Position numbers and translations under genes: made by a program. Positions 15,214 to 24,566 of a stretch of 24,566 nt of DNA are shown piece after piece. The number at the start of each line of letters is the position of its first letter. Within the stretch, counting starts at the first letter, position 1. Source of the DNA: Oligoflexales bacterium (GTDB lineage Bacteria > Bdellovibrionota_B > Oligoflexia > Oligoflexales > CAIYRB01); contig JBGSUI010000100.1 in NCBI GenBank assembly GCA_041736175.1, forward strand, positions 1-24,566, given 5' to 3'. The notes under the pieces are model-generated. The model had not been told where the DNA came from. It did not search any database and saw nothing but the letters and a program-made list of their open reading frames with translations.

Positions 15214-17382
15214 CTATTTTACGGGTGGCGCTACTGCGCTCTCCTGGTGTATGACCCGGCTAAACCTGGCGCTGATTGGTAAGAAGCGGTCTAGATAACC
15301 AGAGATCCAGAGGGCGAGAATAAAGGCTAGTCCTCCTATGGCCCAATAGAATTTCCAGGGGCGGGATTTCTCAGCATAGGGATCCGGGAGGACTGTGCCA
15401 AATGTGATAGGCACCTGGCGAAGTGAGGTTAGAGAAGCAGCGAAAGGCACATTGATGATGGCCCTGGTGTTGATGGCCCATCCGTTTGCATCGAGGATAG
15501 GGGCTAAGTTTCGGTTTTTGAGTTTAAACCATGCTAAGACGACCGAAGGTAATGAGATCATCAGACAAAGGCCACCGATCCCAAAGGGCATAAGCAGACC
15601 TAGATCAAAAAACCTTGAGATGACCATACCAAAAAAGGTCCCCAAACTGCCGAGGGCCACTCCCATCGCCGCGATCGTTCCTACATCAAATTTTTTAGGG
15701 GCCGCCGCCGATGCTGTAGGGGCGGGTGAAGGAAGAATCGTTGTCACCTTGGCGAGTTCTGTTGCGCTGGTCACATCGGAGGCAGCCATGCGTTTTTGGA
15801 TTTGTTCTTCGATCCATCGAGCGATGCGCCGATAGGGCGAAAAAAACGCTTCCCGGTAGCTGACAGGGTTAGCAACCACTTTCGTGATCACAGCAGTCCA
15901 GTCGAGACCGTCGCGACCGTAAAACACCCCGGCACGTCCCGCAGTGATCTGGGATCCCTCGCCGTTGGTCATCACCGCCAAGAGGGATCGTTTAGGTGCC
16001 GAAGCTCGCGTGCAATCACAGTAGACCAAAAAAGCACCGGACTGGATATCAAGGGTCGTATGGCGGTCGGGATTGTGGATTTCAAGACATAGATCGGTAC
16101 TTCTGCCATCGAGATAAAGAGTCCCGGCTTGGAAAATACCGTTTCGAAACCTGTAGAAATCTGAAAAATTGACAAAGTTTTGTAAAACTTTCAGAAAGTC
16201 TCGTCCAAATAGGATCAACTTTTGGAGGCCGACGATATTTTCGTAGTCGGCGGCTTTTTTAAGATCTAGGTTGATGATATCCAAGATCTGAGTTTGGTAG
16301 GTGCCATTAGAAAGCTCAAGGCATTCTTGGTCTGACCATAGAGTAAGGCCATTGGCAGGTTTTTGGGACAACCAAAGTTCATAGGGCTGATAAGCTGCTT
16401 TGAGGGCTTGCCATTGGTTGATATCTAGAGTCGCTATTGAATGGAAGCTCGAAAAATCTTTGACAGCCTCAGTCCAAAGGGGATTGAGTGGTCGCGAGAA
16501 ATCAAGGATCTGCGAGGGCTGGGGTTGGGCAAGAGGCTTGGACGCGAGGGCGTCTTCAAGGGGGGCTCCTTCTGGGACGCGTTCCATAATTTTTGTAAAC
16601 ATGATGCCGTCAAAGCTTTTAAGTTGGCAAAGGATAAAATATTGATCGATAGCCTTTTCCACCGACTTAAAAGCGGCGTAGCTTCTTGTGAGGTCAGCCT
16701 CGTCGACTGCGAGGATCGTCTGCGGTCTGGACCGTATCCATCCACAGCGTTCTTCGATGGCTGCAAAAAATTTAGTGTAGACCTCTAGAGAGACTCCGGG
16801 CTTGCCGCTGCGGTCCGTAACCGAGCCATAGGCGACAATGATTTTTTCAATCAAGGTTGCCACAGGGGGTTCCGGAGCCGACTCTGGGGTGATGACTCCA
16901 TCGCCGTTGAGGGGGGCCTCTTTAAGGTCTGAAATGGCCTGGTCCACCATTTCGATTTTGATTTCTTTGGCATCAGACTGGCCAAGGTCTTGGAGGACTC
17001 GGAGAGCACAGGTGACAAGCCCAGGATCTTTGAGATCCTCAAGGGCGATGGTTTCCTTGGGTGACAGGATAGGGTCGAGACGATGGAGGCGATCTTTGAG
17101 CCATTCGATCGCCTGGAGGATTTCGGGAGGCCGGACCTGGCCGTCACAATCCGTATCGAGGAGGGTCATCGTCCGTGGGTCGATGTTGACGCCTATGGTG
17201 GGGATCGCAAGGGCCATCCAGTGTTTGCGGTCAAGGTCCTTGAGGTGGATGATGTCTTGGGGTGTCTTGAGATCAACTTGGATCACTCCGCCAGCCCTAA
17301 AAAACGACCATGAATGATTTTGTGGAGTGGAAAGAGAGGTTGAGTCATTAGGGGTGTTAGAGGACTTTTGAAGATGGGACAT
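15214..17382 (-). CDS. Conserved uncharacterised 722-aa membrane-anchored protein with EF-hand-like loops
   Basis: WSFFRAGGV N-terminus, DTDCDGQVRPPE and NGDGVITPE loops, two or three C-terminal TM segments. Co-oriented with mdh and the YkgJ-family gene with 2-5 nt gaps. Confidence 0.75.
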   Translation of the reverse strand: MSHLQKSSNTPNDSTSLSTPQNHSWSFFRAGGVIQVDLKTPQDIIHLKDLDRKHWMALAIPTIGVNIDPRTMTLLDTDCDGQVRPPEILQAIEWLKDRLHRLDPILSPKETIALEDLKDPGLVTCALRVLQDLGQSDAKEIKIEMVDQAISDLKEAPLNGDGVITPESAPEPPVATLIEKIIVAYGSVTDRSGKPGVSLEVYTKFFAAIEERCGWIRSRPQTILAVDEADLTRSYAAFKSVEKAIDQYFILCQLKSFDGIMFTKIMERVPEGAPLEDALASKPLAQPQPSQILDFSRPLNPLWTEAVKDFSSFHSIATLDINQWQALKAAYQPYELWLSQKPANGLTLWSDQECLELSNGTYQTQILDIINLDLKKAADYENIVGLQKLILFGRDFLKVLQNFVNFSDFYRFRNGIFQAGTLYLDGRSTDLCLEIHNPDRHTTLDIQSGAFLVYCDCTRASAPKRSLLAVMTNGEGSQITAGRAGVFYGRDGLDWTAVITKVVANPVSYREAFFSPYRRIARWIEEQIQKRMAASDVTSATELAKVTTILPSPAPTASAAAPKKFDVGTIAAMGVALGSLGTFFGMVISRFFDLGLLMPFGIGGLCLMISLPSVVLAWFKLKNRNLAPILDANGWAINTRAIINVPFAASLTSLRQVPITFGTVLPDPYAEKSRPWKFYWAIGGLAFILALWISGYLDRFLPISARFSRVIHQESAVAPPVK

Positions 17383-17384
17383 CT

Positions 17385-17765
17385 TTAAACCTTATGTGGG
17401 CGAGCAGGGCAGTAACCAGGTCGTGGGCCCACTTCTGGAAAGCGCCGGCAGACCTGGGGCCGTTTTTCGTAGACCGTGCATCGATAGTCTGCACCGAGAA
17501 AGTGACAAGCCCCGCTGGGCTTTTGGGAGAGGGTAAACAGACCGGAGCTGGGTCGATAGTGTTTGATCACTCCATCTGATTGGAGTTTTCGTGCAAGCTT
17601 TTTAAGGCCGCGACTGGACTCGTCAAGACTAACCAGCCCTAACCGATTGAGGTCGTCGATGGTGACTTCGACAGGAAGATGGCAGCATCCCGCCCAGCAC
17701 CCTTTGCAGAGGCTGGGCCGAAAGCGAGACCACCGTGAAAGTTGGTCAAGAGAACCTAGGCTCAC
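17385..17765 (-). CDS. YkgJ-family (CxxCxxCC) zinc/iron-chelating protein
   Basis: CKGCWAGCC ... ACHFL...CTVYEKRPQVCRRFP. Confidence 0.85.
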   Translation of the reverse strand: MSLGSLDQLSRWSRFRPSLCKGCWAGCCHLPVEVTIDDLNRLGLVSLDESSRGLKKLARKLQSDGVIKHYRPSSGLFTLSQKPSGACHFLGADYRCTVYEKRPQVCRRFPEVGPRPGYCPARPHKV

Positions 17766-17770
17766 GGGGA

Positions 17771-18718
17771 TTATCCTAAAAAGCCTTGGGCTACTTTCAT
17801 CAGTTCTTGGTTAGCTTGTACAGATTTTTCGAAAGCCGATTTTTCTTCGACGGATAGGCTAAACTCATAAACTTTTTCAGCACCTTTTGCGTTGAGTCTG
17901 CAAGGAACTCCAACAAAAGCACCTTTCACACCAAATTCGCCCTGAAGCTCGACGGAGCATGGGAGCATTCGATTTTGGTTTCGGACGATGGCTTCGACCA
18001 TCAAGGCTGTTCCTGCCCCTGGAGCAAGCCATGCCGAGGTGCCGATTAATTTCGTAAGGTCAGCGCCGCCATTTTTGGTCTTTTCAATCACCGCAGCTAG
18101 TTGGTCAGCGGTGAGGATTTTATTGAGAGGCACGCCCCCGACAGTGGCTGTGCTTACGACAGGAACCATATCCTTATCGGTATGGGCTCCCAAGACAATC
18201 GCCTGGACATCTTCGACGGAAACCCCCGCCGCAAGAGCGATGTTGGTTCGGAAGCGTGACGAATCAAGCACGCCAGCGGAACCGATCACTCGTTCCCTCG
18301 GAAAACCGGTGACTTTGGAAGCAACATAAACCATCGCATCGAGGGGATTTGAGACCACGATCAGGACGGAATCGGGAGCATAGCGTTTGACGTTGGCGCA
18401 AATTTCTTTGACGATGGAGGTGTTGATATTGACGAGTTCTTCCCGGGACTGGCCCGGTTTTCGTGGAACACCCGCAGTCATGACGACGACATCGGCACCC
18501 TGTAGGAGTTCCGGTTTGTCGCCCGCCACAAAAGAGGTGCTATTAAACCCCTCGTAAGGGCCACACTGGGTCAGGTCTAGACCGCGTCCCTTGGCCACAT
18601 CGCCCTTTAAGTCGACGAGAACCAGGTCTCCTAGTTCTTTGATAGCAGCCCAATGGGCCACGGCAGCCCCTACGTTTCCGCCAGCTCCGATAATAGCAAT
18701 TTTGGGTCTTTTGATCAC
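17771..18718 (-). CDS. mdh: Malate dehydrogenase (LDH-like)
   Basis: IGAGGNVG, TAGVPRKPGQSREEL (MDH-specific Arg), VSNPLDAM, GVLDSSRF, LGAH. AGGAG RBS before the GTG start. Confidence 0.93.
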   Translation of the reverse strand: MIKRPKIAIIGAGGNVGAAVAHWAAIKELGDLVLVDLKGDVAKGRGLDLTQCGPYEGFNSTSFVAGDKPELLQGADVVVMTAGVPRKPGQSREELVNINTSIVKEICANVKRYAPDSVLIVVSNPLDAMVYVASKVTGFPRERVIGSAGVLDSSRFRTNIALAAGVSVEDVQAIVLGAHTDKDMVPVVSTATVGGVPLNKILTADQLAAVIEKTKNGGADLTKLIGTSAWLAPGAGTALMVEAIVRNQNRMLPCSVELQGEFGVKGAFVGVPCRLNAKGAEKVYEFSLSVEEKSAFEKSVQANQELMKVAQGFLG

Positions 18719-18819
18719 ATTGCACTCCTTAGTTTAACTACGTTACCAAATATTTAGCTTAGACCATTATGCCTTAGGAACCTATGGATGCGAAATGGAC
18801 TAAGGCCTATCGTGTCGGA

Positions 18820-18855
18820 TGAGTCGCTGCAGAGCGGGCGAGGGTGAGTCGCTGC
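18820..18855. repeat. 11-bp direct repeat in the mdh/ABC divergent intergenic region
   Basis: TGAGTCGCTGC at 18820-18830 and 18845-18855. Confidence 0.6.
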
Positions 18856-18944
18856 TCCAGACTCGGCATACCTTTTTTGGGGCTTTACTACAATCTTAGT
18901 TTTGATCCCAAATGAGCTTGCTCCTTATAGGTCCCTAGGTTCTA

Positions 18945-20849
18945 ATGGCCCAGATTGGGTTGATTTTTAATGCAAAGGGAATTATGGGCCCCGAATTGTC
19001 GAAGCCCCCACTTTCGCGGCTTCCTGGATCTCCGAAGGGGCTCATTTGGTGGGCAGTAGGGGACCAGGGTGGATACCAAGCTGGATACCAAGCTGGATTC
19101 CAAGGTGTAAAACCCATTGGAAAACAGACCCGAAACCGGCGAGGTGTGTGGATCTTAGGGACCGTCCTTGCGGTGTTGTTGGGTGGCATCACCACAGTTC
19201 TCGGGCTTTTGGTCGGACCTGTGCTTCAAGTCGTGCAAGCACCCCAGCAGGATTTACACCTGTTGACTTCCATGATCGGAGATTTTTGGGGGGGTGTTTT
19301 CGGACGTCTTCTTGGGAGGGAGAGTCTGACGGGAACCGAGCTTTTGCTAATGGGCCCCTGGGCGCTGATGGGCTGTGCAACTGCAAAGGCCCTAGTGACG
19401 GCGAGTCATTGGTACCTTTGGGAGTACACAGGGGAGTGGGCTTCGCGCTCCTTACGGGACGCCCTTTCAAGTCGCTTTACTGCACTGGATCCAACCTTCC
19501 GTCTGACCAAAAAGGGCCGCAGCCTTGAGGCCCAGATCGCGACGGCGATGACCCAGGATATTCGCCAGATGCGTGAGTACTTAGTGCACTACTATGGTGG
19601 CTTACCCCGTGAAATGTTTCAGATGATTGCCTTAGGGCTGAGTCTGGTCTTACTCTCAGGTACGTTAACAGGGATTTTTTTTGGAGCCATTTTGCCGGTA
19701 GGAATCCTCGTGAGATATATCGGCAGGAGGATTCGAAAAAGGTCACAAGCAGTCCTACAAAACCAAGCAGAACTGAGCGAATGGTTGCAACAAAGGTTGA
19801 TGGGAATCGAAACCATCAAACACTACCAAACAGAAATGTTAGAGTCGCAAAAATTTGCGGTCTTTAATAAGGAACTTGCAAATAGATTTACTAAGGCCAT
19901 AGCCACAAAAGCTCGGACATCACCCACCATTGAGGTTTTTTCTACTATTGCTTTTGTATTAGTTTTATGGGTTTCTTTGCAACAAATCCATTCAGGAGAC
20001 CTCTCGGGGCCGGTATTTTTCTCCTTCTTCACTTCACTTGCCTTAATGTCCCAGTCAGCATCTAAACTTGGAAAGTATTTCAACTCAAATAAGGAGGGAT
20101 ACGAAGCCGTTTCGAGAATCTGGAGCATCCTCAAAGAACTTGGAGATCACAAATCTCAGCCGCTGGTTTTAGAGCTCAACAAAACAACTACTTCGTCAGG
20201 TCTGGAACCTACTCTCCAATGCCGCAACCTTTATGTCCGCTATCCCGGAGCAAGTGTACCGGCCCTTCAGGGGATCAACCTTGATTTTTTTCCCCACAAA
20301 ATCTATTGCCTCAAAGGGGCTTCGGGGTCGGGAAAGTCCACGATATTTAAGGTTCTCCTAGGTCTTGTAAGACCAGAGCAAGGAGTTATTATTTGGTCGC
20401 AAAGTGTTTTGGATCACCCCTACCCTATTTGCTACCTTCCACAAAAAATCATTCCCCTGTCTGCAAGCATCGCCTCTAATGTTGTCTACCCACTTCCGTC
20501 CGGCGACCCCGAAAAAGTAAAAGAGGCTCTGGAAAGAGTCGGTCTTGATACACTTGTGCAAAATATGCCTATAGGGGTTGAGACTCCCCTTGGGGTCGAG
20601 GGCCAAGTGCTGTCGGGAGGCCAGTTGCAAAGGGTGCTCTTGGCAAGACTCTGGTATCACCAGTCTCCTGTCGTGTTGATCGACGAAGGGACGTCGGCCC
20701 TAGATCCAGAGCTTGAACGGCTGGTTCACAAGCTTTTCAGGGAACTGGCGGATAGGGGTGCAACTTTGATCTTGATTGCCCATAGGCCAACACAGATTGC
20801 TTTTGCTGATGAAGTGATTTCATTGTCCCATGGATTCCTAGGGAATTAG
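18945..20849 (+). CDS. ABC exporter, fused permease/ATPase (MsbA-like)
   Basis: TM domain, Walker A GASGSGKS, LSGGQ signature, Walker B VVLIDEGTSALD, IAHR. Exact start uncertain. Confidence 0.9.
   Translation: MAQIGLIFNAKGIMGPELSKPPLSRLPGSPKGLIWWAVGDQGGYQAGYQAGFQGVKPIGKQTRNRRGVWILGTVLAVLLGGITTVLGLLVGPVLQVVQAPQQDLHLLTSMIGDFWGGVFGRLLGRESLTGTELLLMGPWALMGCATAKALVTASHWYLWEYTGEWASRSLRDALSSRFTALDPTFRLTKKGRSLEAQIATAMTQDIRQMREYLVHYYGGLPREMFQMIALGLSLVLLSGTLTGIFFGAILPVGILVRYIGRRIRKRSQAVLQNQAELSEWLQQRLMGIETIKHYQTEMLESQKFAVFNKELANRFTKAIATKARTSPTIEVFSTIAFVLVLWVSLQQIHSGDLSGPVFFSFFTSLALMSQSASKLGKYFNSNKEGYEAVSRIWSILKELGDHKSQPLVLELNKTTTSSGLEPTLQCRNLYVRYPGASVPALQGINLDFFPHKIYCLKGASGSGKSTIFKVLLGLVRPEQGVIIWSQSVLDHPYPICYLPQKIIPLSASIASNVVYPLPSGDPEKVKEALERVGLDTLVQNMPIGVETPLGVEGQVLSGGQLQRVLLARLWYHQSPVVLIDEGTSALDPELERLVHKLFRELADRGATLILIAHRPTQIAFADEVISLSHGFLGN
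19059..19106 (+). repeat. 12-bp tandem repeat, 4 degenerate copies
   Basis: GGGGACCAGGGT GGATACCAAGCT GGATACCAAGCT GGATTCCAAGGT, encoding GDQG-GYQA-GYQA-GFQG. Confidence 0.75.
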
Positions 20850-20867
20850 ACCGCCATGTTACAATGC

Positions 20868-21695
20868 CTAAATTGAAATTAGATCCAGAGTCATACATGC
20901 CACTTTCTCTTCCTTTGATTCAAGAACCTCTTTGTTCGCAGCTGAAATCAGATCCAGCAGCATCGATCTAATATTAAGAAATGTCTTTGAACTGAGTCCG
21001 TAAGCCGCGCAAAAATGGAGGTCATCTGGTCTTTCTTTTGAGAGCTGGCTTTGCATGAATTGGCGGAAATTGCGTTGATTCATCACATGAAATGGGGATG
21101 ATCGATCGAGGTGCAACTGGTTTGAACCGATCGTCCACTTGGGCCCTTCCTGCTGAACCAGTTTCATTGACCGGAGCTCCTTGAGGACACCTAGCACTTG
21201 GGTTAACTCCAATCCCAGTGCTTGGGATAACCGAGTCGGATCTTGATACTTTTCGACGCTAGTCATGATGTGAATGATCGCCCAATACCAGTCGGAATAA
21301 TATTTAGACTGCATTTCGATTTGAACAACGCCACGGTGTTGGACTCTCTTGCTGACTTGAGAATGAGCGAGACGAAGTGATTCCATCTTTTCTTTGAGAA
21401 AGTGACGGTATTTTTTAGACCCTGACCGATCGAAGTGAACGAGTGACAAGAAATACTCGGTCTCCGCCGCATCAAACCCCCATAGATCACATAGGCCGGC
21501 GGCTTGGTCAGGAGTGAGGTGGGTCTTGCTCCGATAGACTTGCGACAGGAAAGATGGCTGACAACCTGCCGCCGTGGCCATTGACTTGTGGTAGCCACGT
21601 AGCCCCCGATTCTTCTCTACAACAGCCTTCATCCATTCAAGATAACTGGAATAATCAAATAAATTCAATGGTTTATCAGTCAAATGGGCCCTCAA
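20868..21695 (-). CDS. TIGR02147-family protein (N-terminal XRE-like HTH plus DUF4423-type C-terminus)
   Basis: LFDYSSYLEW, MATAAGCQPSFLSQV...HLT, ETEYFLSLV, KYYSDWYWAIIH and terminal LDLISI match the family pattern. Start may be TTG 21683. Confidence 0.85.
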   Translation of the reverse strand: MRAHLTDKPLNLFDYSSYLEWMKAVVEKNRGLRGYHKSMATAAGCQPSFLSQVYRSKTHLTPDQAAGLCDLWGFDAAETEYFLSLVHFDRSGSKKYRHFLKEKMESLRLAHSQVSKRVQHRGVVQIEMQSKYYSDWYWAIIHIMTSVEKYQDPTRLSQALGLELTQVLGVLKELRSMKLVQQEGPKWTIGSNQLHLDRSSPFHVMNQRNFRQFMQSQLSKERPDDLHFCAAYGLSSKTFLNIRSMLLDLISAANKEVLESKEEKVACMTLDLISI

Positions 21696-21712
21696 AAATT
21701 GAGAAGTAAATA

Positions 21713-21728
21713 TTCACGATATCGTGAA
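21713..21728. promoter_or_regulatory. Perfect 16-bp palindrome, candidate operator
   Basis: TTCACGATATCGTGAA lies between the divergent TIGR02147 and metalloprotease genes. Confidence 0.55.
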
Positions 21729-21833
21729 AAATTTATCATAAACATATTTAATTTTCCATGCAGGACTGCAAGAATAGGTCTTGAGGTGGCCGCCTAGTTT
21801 GTGTTATAAACTTCTCTTTATTTGAGGATTTCA

Positions 21834-23027
21834 ATGTTTGTTAAATATTTAGGTACTCTATCTATGCTGTTTATGGCTGTGGACGCCCTAGGTGGGAGTG
21901 TGTCCAGTGGCGGTGGCCAAATTCACAGGGACGGACAAAATCCTTGGTTCTTGGAGAACACAAAGGTAGTCCACTACTGTGTTGATGTTGACGAGGCCAA
22001 CTTTGGTGTGATTGCTTCGGAAGCATCGGCAGAAATAAAGGCGGGGTTGAATGAGTGGTTGGCCGCTCTCGCCGCTGCTGGCGACGATTATTACAAAAAG
22101 GGGGAGTTAGAACCTTATGGCCAACTGCGATTGGGTACGCAAACCTTTCAAGAGCACAATTGCTCAGAACCTGTGGATCTCGACCTACGCTTTCAACTAG
22201 GTCGCCTTACCTCAGAGCAAGAACGACTCTTTAATAATCCAAAAGAGATCGTTGGCATAGCCTTCCGCACGGACTATAGCAAGGAGACCTTAAAGGGCAA
22301 GGGCTTTATCTATCTGTCCCCCGTATCGGGGCCACTAGCACCTCATCATCCTAGCATGCATCCAACCGCTTGGAAGTCCCACCAAAATTTTGCGCTTAAG
22401 TCGGTCCTACGTCATGAAATTGGGCATATTTTTGGCATCGACCATCAACCGAATTCTGTAATGGACAACAACTGGCCTGAATTCTTTGTAAGTAAGACAT
22501 TATTGGATTTGCCGGAGTCGATGCTGGCGTTTTATAAACGTAAAATTAACGTCTTAAGGCTGTTTGGACTCAAGGAGGATTGGCTGATCGAGGGTTGCGG
22601 ACCTAGGAACCCTGTTTTTTCATACGAATTGTTTCATAAGAAAACTCCGGAGGACGAGGTCAATGATTGCGGAAGGGTAACCTTTCAAGGATCTCATTTG
22701 AAAATAGAATTCAGAGATGCAACTCAGACCCAATATGAAACCATTGGGACTGCAACATTGGATCACGGTCATACGAATAGTGTCACTGCTGTCATCGTTT
22801 ACTTCACTTCGGAGCAGCAAGTTTTTTCTAAAATTCCTGAAGAAGCGAGGCGCTTCGGACGCTTGGTCGGACACAGCAAGAATTATAATCAAAAATGGTC
22901 AGGAACATTAAAAATTCAGTCAACCGGAGAACTGCTGCCGCTCCTCATTGATTCTGATGCGAATAGGACTAGTGCTGCTGTCATAAAGGGTGGCCACTTT
23001 AACCCTGACCTATTCTTCTTGGAATAG
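21834..23027 (+). CDS. Secreted metzincin zinc metalloprotease (matrixin-like)
   Basis: Signal peptide followed by GGSVSSGGG, HEIGHIFGIDH (HExxHxxGxxH) and Met-turn NSVM. GAGGA RBS before ATG 21834. Confidence 0.85.
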   Translation: MFVKYLGTLSMLFMAVDALGGSVSSGGGQIHRDGQNPWFLENTKVVHYCVDVDEANFGVIASEASAEIKAGLNEWLAALAAAGDDYYKKGELEPYGQLRLGTQTFQEHNCSEPVDLDLRFQLGRLTSEQERLFNNPKEIVGIAFRTDYSKETLKGKGFIYLSPVSGPLAPHHPSMHPTAWKSHQNFALKSVLRHEIGHIFGIDHQPNSVMDNNWPEFFVSKTLLDLPESMLAFYKRKINVLRLFGLKEDWLIEGCGPRNPVFSYELFHKKTPEDEVNDCGRVTFQGSHLKIEFRDATQTQYETIGTATLDHGHTNSVTAVIVYFTSEQQVFSKIPEEARRFGRLVGHSKNYNQKWSGTLKIQSTGELLPLLIDSDANRTSAAVIKGGHFNPDLFFLE

Positions 23028-23144
23028 GCAAAATTGGTGATAAACGCAGTCATCTGGAAGGTCCTATCTTCCGCACTTAAACGAGCCGCCATGATCACGG
23101 ACTCTGGACTTTCACCAATGAGTTGATTCCCTTACCGAGCGCAC

Positions 23145-23171
23145 GAGTCTGGCGTTTTTACCGCCAGACTC
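23145..23171. terminator. Stem-loop, possible terminator
   Basis: GAGTCTGGCG-TTTTTAC-CGCCAGACTC forms a perfect 10-bp stem. No clear U-tract follows. Confidence 0.4.
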
Positions 23172-23343
23172 TCAATATGTTCGCAATGATAAGCAGGAAA
23201 TCGCAATGAGATATGGTATTTGCTTTATTGTTGTCAGGTTATGATTGCGCATAGTCGCAAAGGTTAATTCATTGGATGTTTAAGTATTTCTTGTTTAAAA
23301 ATTATACATTTGTCTAAACTCTAATCACCTTGAAAGATCATCT

Positions 23344-24432
23344 ATGTTAAATCGAATCTTAGTTATTGTGGTCATTTGTTTTCAGCTGTTTGCCTGCGGT
23401 TCGGGCGGACCAAAGGGTGCTTTTGATCGAGCTTTTAACAAAGACAAAAAGAAAGAAAAATACGAAGATCCAAACAAATTTAAATTTGATATTTCAGGTC
23501 TGAAAGGTGCCTACACGGCAAAAGTAAAAGGAGAATATCTATTTTTTTACTTTAGAGATAATGGGGTCGAAATTGCTTCGAAAACCGATGGACCCATAAA
23601 AACCTGTAATATTTTGCAGCCGATCACTCAGGGTCCGCCCAATAACTTAGAAATTGGGGCGGCCGAAAGTTGCTCCCCTTTAAGTCTGGAAATCCTTTCC
23701 CAAGATGGGGAGGATTTCATTGTCAAGTACCCCTTTGATTGCATCTTTTGCGACCATAGATTTCAGCATGTCCGCGACGTAACAGTTGGGCGACGGATTT
23801 TTAACTGGTCACCAGAATCCCTAGCGAAGCTACCCCCAACAATCAAAAGTTTGCAGTTTAAGGATATGGCAACGACAGAACTTGAAGCAGCCAGAGCTAA
23901 GTTTAAAAACGAATTATTTGCTTCATCTTTATCATTAACTGAAGATCTAACCACAGAACTGTGCAATGGTTACCTAGATATAGATGAACATGGGGCGTTC
24001 ATTTCCAATGGTAAAGTGATCACCTGTGATGAATTCCGCACAAACAGGCGCAATAAAGATAAATGGGATACTCCTCAGTGTGTGTTAATATCAGGGACGC
24101 GAAAAGTGCTACCGAAGTTTCGGCGTAAACTTGCAGTGCTTGAGGTACATCACTTGAATCGTTCAGAAGGAATCTGGATCTTTGATCAGCGACACGAAGG
24201 AGTCGACACCTCATTGACCCCAGAGCAAAGGCGGACTCCCACCGAGCGTAAACTTCCTGCTACGCAATCCGCTAATGATGTATTTTTAATTGTTGAAAGT
24301 GCTGATTCAGAGAAAAATGGTAATGGGATCAAAAGTGATCCTGACCTCACGATTGTTTGTTTGAAAGTAGAACTGGCCAGCCCCATTCAGATTGAGGACG
24401 TAAAGAAAGCACTCGGTGCAATCGTCGAATGA
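23344..24432 (+). CDS. Hypothetical lipoprotein
   Basis: 362-aa ORF with lipobox LFAC-G. No recognisable catalytic motif. Confidence 0.7.
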   Translation: MLNRILVIVVICFQLFACGSGGPKGAFDRAFNKDKKKEKYEDPNKFKFDISGLKGAYTAKVKGEYLFFYFRDNGVEIASKTDGPIKTCNILQPITQGPPNNLEIGAAESCSPLSLEILSQDGEDFIVKYPFDCIFCDHRFQHVRDVTVGRRIFNWSPESLAKLPPTIKSLQFKDMATTELEAARAKFKNELFASSLSLTEDLTTELCNGYLDIDEHGAFISNGKVITCDEFRTNRRNKDKWDTPQCVLISGTRKVLPKFRRKLAVLEVHHLNRSEGIWIFDQRHEGVDTSLTPEQRRTPTERKLPATQSANDVFLIVESADSEKNGNGIKSDPDLTIVCLKVELASPIQIEDVKKALGAIVE

Positions 24433-24566
24433 ACTAAGCGCGCTCGCGCGCAGTCCTATCCCGAGCATCCGGGCAGATTGTAGCTTTCCTTCCGGCATAA
24501 TCTCGGCACATTTTATTCAATTCCTAGACCTCTGAATCTCAGACTCCATTTAAATATAGCTAATTT

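Noticed and set aside
15395..17317. Several 75-160 aa plus-strand ORFs opposite the 722-aa gene, and similar shadow ORFs elsewhere
   Set aside because: They are antisense or alternate-frame shadows of well-supported genes and carry no motifs.
18945..20849. Assigning the symbol msbA to the ABC exporter
   Set aside because: The architecture fits, but there are no lipid A genes nearby and substrate cannot be determined from motifs alone.

Overview
Bacterial genomic window, probably from a Bdellovibrionota/Oligoflexia-type organism. This is an inference from a TIGR02147-family gene, many orphan lipoproteins, and sigma28/sigma54-type promoters. The centrepiece is a tightly packed five-gene + strand operon (3514-10338). 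It encodes a His-rich cytochrome-b-like membrane protein, a membrane-anchored 2x[4Fe-4S]/FAD NAD(P)H oxidoreductase with a circularly permuted TrxB-like fold, a 4-heme c lipoprotein, a probable outer-membrane beta-barrel and a 33-heme c cytochrome built from 11 triheme modules. Together these look like a complete cytoplasm-to-surface electron conduit. To the left are a thiE 3' fragment, apparently cut by an IS end at the window edge, and a sigma54-driven cluster of three paralogous secreted proteins plus a trypsin-like lipoprotein. To the right are an SDR epimerase, a sigma28-driven REC/pseudo-Hpt regulator, an aldo/keto reductase, a sigma28-driven PETase/cutinase-like lipoprotein, a lipoprotein, a 722-aa EF-hand-like membrane protein, a YkgJ-family protein, mdh, an ABC exporter, a TIGR02147 gene divergent from a metzincin protease, and an orphan lipoprotein. 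No rRNA, tRNA or CRISPR array was seen.
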